IMG/VR virus record: IMGVR_UViG_3300044646_001246
Strand: one strand, 5' to 3'
Origin: an uncultured virus (IMG/VR IMGVR_UViG_3300044646_001246)
Lineage: Duplodnaviria > Heunggongvirae > Uroviricota > Caudoviricetes
Length of the DNA: 64,000 bases
Shown in pieces: positions 56,684 to 64,000 of the stretch. How positions within the stretch are numbered: the first letter of the stretch is position 1; every line of letters begins with the position of its first letter. The notes beneath the pieces were generated by a model. The model searched no databases and was not told the origin of the DNA. It saw only the letters and a list, made by a program, of their open reading frames with translations. The translations under genes were made by a program, and so were the position numbers.

Positions 56684-57148
56684 ATGCCAGGTCGAATCAC
56701 ATTAGCAACTCGTTCGTTTCTGAAAAAACAGGCTGCACTTTGGGATGTTCTCTACGCCCAGTTCGGCTACCTGAACACGATGTTCACGGAGCTTTTCCCG
56801 AACATTCAGGCAGTTACTGCCACCGCTGACGGGCTGACGACCGGGTTGATCACCGCCGGAAAGAACTTCATCACTGTCACCAGTGCGAATGCCGCTCACC
56901 AGATCACACTGCCCGCTTCATCTGTCGGGACCGTTATTCGGATTCTGGTTGGCGCGACTGCCTGTGAACTCATCTGTGCAACTGCTGGCGACAAGATCAA
57001 CGACGTTGTTTGTGGAGCCACGAACGAGGCGTTGCTCACAGCGACCAACCTTTACACCTGTGAACTGGTCGCCACGAATACTTGGATTTTAACTGGACTC
57101 ACGAAACTTGGTGCCGTCCAAACAGCAATTGTTCCTGACGCACGATAA
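56684..57148 (+). CDS. probable virion structural protein
   Basis: T/A-rich beta protein; ITLPA motif. Confidence 0.55.
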   Translation: MPGRITLATRSFLKKQAALWDVLYAQFGYLNTMFTELFPNIQAVTATADGLTTGLITAGKNFITVTSANAAHQITLPASSVGTVIRILVGATACELICATAGDKINDVVCGATNEALLTATNLYTCELVATNTWILTGLTKLGAVQTAIVPDAR

Positions 57149-57263
57149 GACCAAACGTAATCCGCGAGAGCGTTGGCAGGGTTCTGCATTTCCCGCTCTA
57201 AACCGAGACCAAGATCGGTGCCAATCCGCGGCTTGGAATTACCTGTAGCGATAAGGCCGAGCA

Positions 57264-57758
57264 ATGACGAGTCAAATCACAGATGATATGGTTATTCGGG
57301 GTCATTTGTCTGCAACGACAATGACGATTCCAAATAACACCGTTACGTCTGACGCTGTCCAGTCTGCGGCAAACATCAATGCCGATAAACTGGAGTCACG
57401 GATTTATGCCTCACATGCTCAGGCGAACTCAGCCGCCACTGCCGAGACGCGAACACTCTTCGTTGCTCGGCGTGTCGGCATCGTGAACCACATCTACGTC
57501 GGCTCGATCGCGAAAGCCATTGGGGATTCGACGGTTACAGTGGACGTGAAGAAGAACGGCACGTCCATTCTTTCCTCAACGGTCACACTCAACAGCAGCA
57601 ACACCGCACGCATCGCTGTGGCGGCCACAATCGACGGAACGCAGGACGATCTGGTGGCGGCTGACTGGCTGGAGGTTGTCATCACCATCAGTGCTGGCAC
57701 TGGCACATTGCCAACTGGTGTTTTTGTTCAAGCCGAAATCGATCAGAACGGCGTTTGA
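57264..57758 (+). CDS. probable virion structural protein
   Basis: VTVDVKKNGTSIL motif; similar to 61067-61462. Confidence 0.55.
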   Translation: MTSQITDDMVIRGHLSATTMTIPNNTVTSDAVQSAANINADKLESRIYASHAQANSAATAETRTLFVARRVGIVNHIYVGSIAKAIGDSTVTVDVKKNGTSILSSTVTLNSSNTARIAVAATIDGTQDDLVAADWLEVVITISAGTGTLPTGVFVQAEIDQNGV

Positions 57759-57801
57759 TTTTCATTCATCACACAGGTCACAGGCAGGAGCGACAGGGTA
57801 T

Positions 57802-58170
57802 ATGGCCACATCCGAACAAGCATCAATGAGGATCGCGAACAGAGTTGTTGGATTGGGAGTTAAGTTCGGCTTTGAACTGCTCCCGTTCATCCTTCCGCTG
57901 GTCTCACGCCTATTCGGTTGCCTCACTGACAACGACGAAGTGACACCATCCACAGCTCAGGAGAGAATTCAAACTCTCCATGAGAAGGATCCGGCCCGCC
58001 TCCTTCGCCGGACAACCAAGGCAGTCCACCGGCACGCCCGCAAGGAAGGCCGACGACTCACTGACGATCAGGCTGAGGTAATTGCAAAAGCCACCATCGA
58101 CGAGGCTTGTGAATGCGACGACAGGGAATGTTGTGCAGTCTTCGCCTCTATGCTGGGAGATGTTCAGTAA
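57802..58170 (+). CDS. hypothetical protein
   Basis: AGGAG RBS. Confidence 0.65.
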   Translation: MATSEQASMRIANRVVGLGVKFGFELLPFILPLVSRLFGCLTDNDEVTPSTAQERIQTLHEKDPARLLRRTTKAVHRHARKEGRRLTDDQAEVIAKATIDEACECDDRECCAVFASMLGDVQ

Positions 58171-59069
58171 TGCGGACACTCACCCACATCATCGCGTTCA
58201 TTGCCATTCTGCTCATCGCAGGCCAATCCTCGCACGCGCAGACGTTGGAAAAACTACAGTCGGTCCCTGATGCGGTCAGCACAAAGCCTGCACCATCACC
58301 CGCCGCCCCGCCAAAGATTGTCTTCCCAACGATCCCGATTCTGGACGAACAGGATATTCCACCAGAGGATCATCCGTCGCCACCACCTCAGCCGTACAAG
58401 CCGAAGTTTATCTCTGAACTCTCAGAGGAAACTTGGCTCGTGATTGAATCACCTGAACCACTACTCGTCACCAGTTCGCCTCTTGGTCACGTCGCCATTC
58501 AGCCGGAAGTCGGTCCTGTTCGTGTGCGTGGTAAGTTTGCGGACGGCACCGGTAAGGTTGAGACTCGAGTCTTCAAGTCGGCCAATCTGTACTTCATCAA
58601 CGCGGTCTTACCGGGCAAAGTGGAGATTCTGATCTACCATAGTCAGTTGACTGAAGAGAAGGACATCCCGCGGTACACACTAAACGTGATGGGCGTGACT
58701 CCAAACCCGCCGCCGAAACCAGATCCGCCAAAACCCGAACCAGATCCGATGCCTGATCCGGCTTCTGATCATCTAATGATTGAGATCGTAGAAGATCCTC
58801 TCAATCGCAATCCAGACACGGCAATTGTTCTATCAGCGATTGCTGAGTGGAACGCACTGAAGGACAAGGGCCACGACTGGAGGATTTACTCAATTCGCAC
58901 ATCTGAGCCCCTCGGAAAAGAGGCAATTGAAAGTGCTAAAGATGTGCCACAGCCGGCCATGGTCATACGCGACAAGTCAACCCGCAAAGTCCTGCGTGTT
59001 ATTCCACTGCCGCTCACGATGGCAGACGTGAAACGCGTGTTGTCTGAACTGACTGGAAATCTGCCATGA
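58170..59069 (+). CDS. secreted Pro-rich protein with possible thioredoxin-like C-terminal domain
   Basis: Signal peptide ...SSHA-Q; PxP linkers. Confidence 0.65.
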   Translation: MRTLTHIIAFIAILLIAGQSSHAQTLEKLQSVPDAVSTKPAPSPAAPPKIVFPTIPILDEQDIPPEDHPSPPPQPYKPKFISELSEETWLVIESPEPLLVTSSPLGHVAIQPEVGPVRVRGKFADGTGKVETRVFKSANLYFINAVLPGKVEILIYHSQLTEEKDIPRYTLNVMGVTPNPPPKPDPPKPEPDPMPDPASDHLMIEIVEDPLNRNPDTAIVLSAIAEWNALKDKGHDWRIYSIRTSEPLGKEAIESAKDVPQPAMVIRDKSTRKVLRVIPLPLTMADVKRVLSELTGNLP

Positions 59070-59893
59070 GCGAACCATTTTCAAACGACGACATCGACAT
59101 TGATGAAATCGTGGACGACAACGGTGAAATCCGTCGTCTCGGTTCGCTCGCGCCGCCAACAGGATTTGTTTCTTCCTTTCAAGTGTGGGAGCAGGAGAAA
59201 CCAGTTTGGGACGACAAGGATATTCGCCGGGTGATCACTGATTCATCTCGCACACCTCGTCGTATCCTGTTCGACTTCAAGAAATGGATACAGAACCAGT
59301 TCTCGAAAGGATCGTGCAACGGATATGCAGCCGCTGGTTCTCTATCCAAGGCTCGATTCCTGCGTGGAATTAACGACTACCTGATTTTGTCTGGTGCGTT
59401 CGTCTACTCGCTGATCAATGGCGGGCGAGACAATGGGTCAGCACTGGAAGACGGGTTGCGTGTCATTCAGACACATGGGGCACCGCCAGAATCATTGGTG
59501 CCATGGGATAAGATTTACCCGAATCTCCAGCCAGCAAATGCAAAAGCGGAAGCCCTGAAGCATCTCGGTCTTGATTGCTACGCGGCTCAGACAATGCAGG
59601 GTTTTCGGACAGGGATCGCTGCGGGATACACCGGAATCATTGCAGTCCATGCCGGCCGAAACTTTCAAAAATTGAATCAGAATGGCATTGCTGGAGTGGA
59701 TTCGGGACGCGGCAACCATGCAATCCATTGCGATGACTTAGTGTTTAAGGGTGGCACAGAACTCTTCGATGCCGTGAATTCATGGGGAGCAAGTTACGGC
59801 GAGAACGGTCGCGCGTATCTTCACCAGGACTCATTCGCTCAAACATTCGGTGTCCACACGTTTTATCTGATCGGGTCCACTGAGGAGTCATAG
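59066..59893 (+). CDS. papain-like C1 cysteine peptidase
   Basis: Q...GSCNG, NHAI, NSWG..YG..G. Confidence 0.88.
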   Translation: MSEPFSNDDIDIDEIVDDNGEIRRLGSLAPPTGFVSSFQVWEQEKPVWDDKDIRRVITDSSRTPRRILFDFKKWIQNQFSKGSCNGYAAAGSLSKARFLRGINDYLILSGAFVYSLINGGRDNGSALEDGLRVIQTHGAPPESLVPWDKIYPNLQPANAKAEALKHLGLDCYAAQTMQGFRTGIAAGYTGIIAVHAGRNFQKLNQNGIAGVDSGRGNHAIHCDDLVFKGGTELFDAVNSWGASYGENGRAYLHQDSFAQTFGVHTFYLIGSTEES

Positions 59894-59895
59894 GC

Positions 59896-60312
59896 ATGTG
59901 GATTCTGCTTCTCGTTATTACGTTTCAGCCGCCGCTGATCTTTCAGCCCACGGGTATCTACGCTCAGGCACAGCAGGATCAAGCGGCAGTCAAAGAGGAA
60001 CTTTCTTCACCATACAACCTGATCTTTTTCACTGCGAGCTACTGTGGCCCCTGCCGGCAATACAAAGACTCAGGTAAGTTCGACGAACTGAAAGTTTCTT
60101 TATCTCAGCATGGCATACGCGTGCGAGAAGTAGATGTTCAGGAGAACCCTGATTTCTACAAAGGACAAATCCCAAAGTTTTGGCTTTGCAAAGAAGATAA
60201 AGACGGCCGAAATTTCCGTGCCGCTGAGTGGCCTGCAGGCGACCTAATAACACCACAGCGAGCATTGGATAAAATCAACGAGCAGATTAAGGAATCACCC
60301 GATGTCGAATAA
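59896..60312 (+). CDS. secreted thioredoxin-like protein
   Basis: FTASYCGPC; N-terminal hydrophobic segment. Confidence 0.8.
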   Translation: MWILLLVITFQPPLIFQPTGIYAQAQQDQAAVKEELSSPYNLIFFTASYCGPCRQYKDSGKFDELKVSLSQHGIRVREVDVQENPDFYKGQIPKFWLCKEDKDGRNFRAAEWPAGDLITPQRALDKINEQIKESPDVE

Positions 60313-60679
60313 CCCAGCAGAAAAAACCTACCTAGTTGCCACTCCAAAAGGTGGCGCGTCATCCTATCGTTCGATTGACCTTGGCGTGACAGGACTCATC
60401 GCTAAGGCGACACCGGGAAAGCTCATTAGTATTCATGCACACAACGTGAATGCCGCTACGCGATTCCTGAAGATCTACAATAAGGCGACAGCTCCAACAG
60501 AGGCTGACACGCCCAAGCTAACCATCCCTTTACCCACAGGTAACAGCACGTTCTTTCTTGGTGATTCAGGGGTGAACTTTACGGCTGGTATTTCTGTCCG
60601 AGCAACAACAGGACTTGCCGACAACGACACGGGGGCACCGACAGCAAGTCAGACAATTGTCAATTTGACGTATGCGTGA
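60302..60679 (+). CDS. probable virion structural protein
   Basis: KATPGKL...NVNAATRFLKIYNKATAP beta-rich pattern. Confidence 0.55.
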   Translation: MSNNPAEKTYLVATPKGGASSYRSIDLGVTGLIAKATPGKLISIHAHNVNAATRFLKIYNKATAPTEADTPKLTIPLPTGNSTFFLGDSGVNFTAGISVRATTGLADNDTGAPTASQTIVNLTYA

Positions 60680-60713
60680 TTTTTAAGTTGTTTGGGCAAC
60701 AGGAATCAGACCA

Positions 60714-60935
60714 GTGAACATATCAGCAGAAGTCATTCTTGGAATCATCACAACGCTAGGTGCGGTGTTGTCCGGCGCGGTAGGAAAGATGTGGGTCTGG
60801 TTTAACGCGGAACTTCGCGAGTGCAAGGACGACCGAAAGCACTTGCATGATCGGATTCAGGTCATGCACGAAAACATTGCTGAAATCAGCACAACAGTGG
60901 GACGGCTTGAAGGCCGATTGAGTGACGACAAATGA
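60714..60935 (+). CDS. small TM plus coiled-coil protein (holin-like)
   Basis: One TM helix then a charged helix. Confidence 0.45.
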   Translation: MNISAEVILGIITTLGAVLSGAVGKMWVWFNAELRECKDDRKHLHDRIQVMHENIAEISTTVGRLEGRLSDDK

Positions 60936-61066
60936 AAAAGACTGTGAATGGCCTTGCGGTGGTGCTGAGTTGGGTTTGGGACGCAACAGGCGGGCTGGTT
61001 TATTCAGTTTGGAAGCAGTTGCAGTAAACGCGGACTCGTTGATCCGCTGTTGATTTGGAAAACATC

Positions 61067-61462
61067 ATGAGTCGTGACCAGATACTGCCAATCCCCGAAA
61101 AAATCTACCTGCAGGTCGCCCTGTCAGGTAATGGGCAGGCGATCGCGTCTGGTGCAAAAAAAGGCGTAGTTCCTGTCCCAGTTGCGGGCACGATTACAGC
61201 GTTCCGGGTGGATTGCGATCCAGCAAATGAGCCATCAGCAGCGGCGGTACAAGTCGACCTAAACACGATCAATCGAAGCACTGGAACGGCTACAAGCATC
61301 CTGAGTTCTGTCGCCTCAATCGCCACAGGGGCCAACGTCTCGACGGGTGGTGCAATCAACGGAACGCAGACGGTTACAGCATCTGACATGCTGACGCTGG
61401 ACATTGACCAAGGCAGCGACGGCAAAGAGCTGATCGCAACAATCGAACTGACTCCAAGCTGA
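61067..61462 (+). CDS. probable virion structural protein
   Basis: PVAGTIT...LTLDIDQ beta-sandwich pattern. Confidence 0.55.
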   Translation: MSRDQILPIPEKIYLQVALSGNGQAIASGAKKGVVPVPVAGTITAFRVDCDPANEPSAAAVQVDLNTINRSTGTATSILSSVASIATGANVSTGGAINGTQTVTASDMLTLDIDQGSDGKELIATIELTPS

Positions 61463-61472
61463 GGACACTGAA

Positions 61473-62045
61473 ATGGCTCTGAATACTACAACCGGAATTG
61501 ATCCTGTCGTTGACCGCTTCGTCATTTGGCGAGCGTCAACGCAGCAATATACCAACATGAACGCAACATGGCCCCGAACAGACGGCGGTCAGATCGTTGG
61601 TGCAAATCCTGATTTCGAATACTACAAGAAGGTCGACTCGGCTCAGCCAGACGTTGACCATCGCTACACGATCACGTCGGAATTCGGGAAGACTGCAATC
61701 ACCCCGACGCCTGCGGTTGGATTACCACAGGGCACTTACTCTGCTCAGTATTCGCTTGTGAAGCGAGAACTTCCGGAACTGCTGGCACAGATCGAAACCG
61801 AGTATCAGCGGCAAGTGCGACTGCAGTTTCCTGAAACGGAAAACCCATCGACCATTGTCAACGTGGGCGGAATTCTGATTAAGCAGCAATCCGGGGCTGT
61901 GCTGACTGAGACGGAAACGGCAACACTCGCAGCTTTCGTCGCCGTCCGAGACAGGATCGTGTTGTTGGCCGTGCGACGGCAAGAACTGATTGACGCAGCA
62001 ACTGCCGATGCAGATTACGACCTAACCGTGTGGCCGGTGCTGTAG
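61473..62045 (+). CDS. hypothetical protein
   Basis: GAGGA RBS. Confidence 0.65.
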   Translation: MALNTTTGIDPVVDRFVIWRASTQQYTNMNATWPRTDGGQIVGANPDFEYYKKVDSAQPDVDHRYTITSEFGKTAITPTPAVGLPQGTYSAQYSLVKRELPELLAQIETEYQRQVRLQFPETENPSTIVNVGGILIKQQSGAVLTETETATLAAFVAVRDRIVLLAVRRQELIDAATADADYDLTVWPVL

Positions 62046-62887
62046 TGACTCCCGGCTTCGCAAAGCCACGATCAAAGATGCCGTGGCTACCTTATGGGGA
62101 ACAAGATCGAGTGATTATCAACGCTCATAATTTTACGCCTGCATTTAACCCCGCAGTAAACGGCAAAACGCCAGTCGCTGCATGGGTAGAATCTCGCGAT
62201 CCGGAGACAACAAGCTCAACGGTCATCACGGATCTCGTCGGCTCAAACGACGGCACCATGACGAACATGGACCCGGCCACTGATCGAGTTTCGGATACAG
62301 GGGCCGGAGGTGTCAGAGCGTTGGATTTCGACGGATCGAATGACTACGTAACAGTGCCACACAATTCGGTGCTAAATCCCGGCTTATCAGCGTTTTCCAT
62401 TTCATGCTGGATCAAACCGCCGAATTCGAACCAGTTCGGGCCGATCATTCAGAAGCGAAATTCTGACGGAGGAATTGGTCAGGTGTACGCACTAGCTGTC
62501 GCTGGTGACGCATTTAATCAGCTTGTGGGGAAAAAAGTTAGTATGACGCTGCTCTGGAGCGGCGTGTCAATCGTGAGGTCATTTCGAACGGCAGATGATG
62601 TGGCTGATGGAAACTGGCATCACGTTGTCGGCATCTGGACAGGATCGGCAATCCAGATTTGGGTTGATGGTGTAAACAAATCACTTGTTTCAGAGTTTTC
62701 TGCGGGAACCCCATCTACTGCGATGAGTCCGAGTGGAGCTTTTCGGCTTGGCGTCAACACAACATCAAGCGGATCGTATTACACGGGCCGTCAAGATGAC
62801 GTACGACTGTTTCACGGATATGAGTTGGATTCTACTGATATCGCTGCGTTATACGCTTCTGGAGCGGGTCGAGGGGTGCAAGCATGA
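62030..62887 (+). CDS. LamG/concanavalin A-like domain protein
   Basis: ALDFDGSNDYV, FSISCWIK, WHHVVG, IWVDG, DDVRLF; start uncertain. Confidence 0.85.
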   Translation: MAGAVVTPGFAKPRSKMPWLPYGEQDRVIINAHNFTPAFNPAVNGKTPVAAWVESRDPETTSSTVITDLVGSNDGTMTNMDPATDRVSDTGAGGVRALDFDGSNDYVTVPHNSVLNPGLSAFSISCWIKPPNSNQFGPIIQKRNSDGGIGQVYALAVAGDAFNQLVGKKVSMTLLWSGVSIVRSFRTADDVADGNWHHVVGIWTGSAIQIWVDGVNKSLVSEFSAGTPSTAMSPSGAFRLGVNTTSSGSYYTGRQDDVRLFHGYELDSTDIAALYASGAGRGVQA

Positions 62888-64000
62888 CGACACAGACAGC
62901 AGTTCTCGCGGCACCAACCGGCCTTACATTGACAGCGAAATTGTTCACGCTGGCGGCTCCAGACACGACGGCCTTTACAGCGGATTCTGTCACGGAGCGG
63001 ACGAACGCCAAAGGGCAGTACGTTGCGTCATTCGGTGAGGCGTCTGCAATCAGCGGCGATCACACATTGATTCTGTTTTCAGGGACGCGGCCAGTTGCGA
63101 TCGGATATCGCACATTTGCCGGGACAGATGCGGAGGTTGCGACGGAAACACCACCAACAGTGGAACTGGACTCCGCTGCTACTGCCGCACTGGTAGACCT
63201 GATCTGGGACGAGCCATTAACAGGTGCCACGCATAATGTCGCAACGTCATCTGGTAAGCGGCTGCGTCAGTCAACAGCATTTCAGCAAATCGACTCGACT
63301 GTCATTGATGCGTCTGCGACCACAACTACGTTCGTCACTGGCCTGACTTCAGCCGTCGATGATTTTTATAATGATTCGATGCTCGTCTTCACTGATGGGG
63401 CACTGGCCGGTCAGGTTCGTTCGATAGTAGACTATGTGGGAGCCACAAAGACGATCGTGCTGGAGGAACCTCTGACATCGGCTCCGGTCAACGGAGTGGC
63501 GTTTACCATCGTGTCGCTGCATATCCATCCGGTGAGTCAGATCCAGAGTGGGTTAGCGACGAGTGCTGCATTGGCTGCAGCTAAAACTATTTTAGACAAG
63601 GTTGATACCGGATTGGTCGTCGACGGTGCTGTCTACCAGTTTACTGCCAATATGCTGGAGCTGGGGCCGAGCGGAGGCGGTGGATCAAGCGTTAATGTAT
63701 TGCCAGCGACTGGCATTGTTGCAGATCGATCGGCCGGAGTGACATTAACGCCGGTGGTGGGGGAAACAATTAGCCAGTCGATCACGCTATACCGCATTGA
63801 TGGTACGACGCCGGTCAGTTTAAGCGGAAAGACATTGGCCATTGTGTTTGAAACACTGGCTGGCGTTGATGTGGCTACCGTTGCAAGTGGCAATATCACA
63901 ATCAGTGGTGCAAGTAGTAATGTGGTCACCTTTGCTTATCCATCAGCAGTTACAGCATCAGAGCGTACATTGCGGTTTGCGATCAGGGATGCAACAGCAC
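62884..64000 (+). CDS. T/A-rich structural protein, 3'-truncated by the window (absent from the ORF track)
   Basis: ATGA overlap; reads MTTQTAVLAAPTGLTL...LIWDEPLTG...DDFYND and appears open to the end. Confidence 0.75.
   Translation, partial: MTTQTAVLAAPTGLTLTAKLFTLAAPDTTAFTADSVTERTNAKGQYVASFGEASAISGDHTLILFSGTRPVAIGYRTFAGTDAEVATETPPTVELDSAATAALVDLIWDEPLTGATHNVATSSGKRLRQSTAFQQIDSTVIDASATTTTFVTGLTSAVDDFYNDSMLVFTDGALAGQVRSIVDYVGATKTIVLEEPLTSAPVNGVAFTIVSLHIHPVSQIQSGLATSAALAAAKTILDKVDTGLVVDGAVYQFTANMLELGPSGGGGSSVNVLPATGIVADRSAGVTLTPVVGETISQSITLYRIDGTTPVSLSGKTLAIVFETLAGVDVATVASGNITISGASSNVVTFAYPSAVTASERTLRFAIRDATA

Noticed and set aside
1..64000. Reverse transcriptase/DGR, alternative genetic code, rRNA, IS transposases
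   Set aside because: No RT or transposase motifs recognised; genes are intact in the standard code

Overview
The whole window reads as part of a temperate dsDNA tailed-phage genome in the standard genetic code. A Planctomycete-like host is my inference from gene style, not something shown directly. Layout: end of a large virion/ejection-type protein (1-1961); a minus-strand early/accessory block (2.0-12.5 kb); a low-complexity repeat tract (14.1-14.8 kb); a tyrosine recombinase followed by small genes (15.1-18.4 kb); a double-domain serine recombinase; head and tail modules (20.3-38 kb); a double glycosyltransferase; a second tyrosine integrase with a tRNA-Leu 3'-half attP; CsrA; recombination and replication genes (Sak4-like, split RecD2-like, ERCC4, primase-helicase); a candidate origin; and further structural or secreted-protein genes running off the end. 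Best candidate for a new system: an integron-like cassette array in which the small genes downstream of the recombinase at 15124-16350 are separated, at their stop codons, by a 25-bp site of consensus AACAGCGGA-N7-TCCGCTGTT with a different 7-bp spacer each time. Other highlights: two twister ribozymes and a pseudoknotted type II hammerhead between early genes, a repeated covarying two-hairpin leader RNA, a six-copy 16-bp operator, a 13-aa peptide tag shared by three unrelated proteins, and a tRNA-like RNA with an enlarged anticodon loop. All calls were made by eye; no database searches or folding programs were run.
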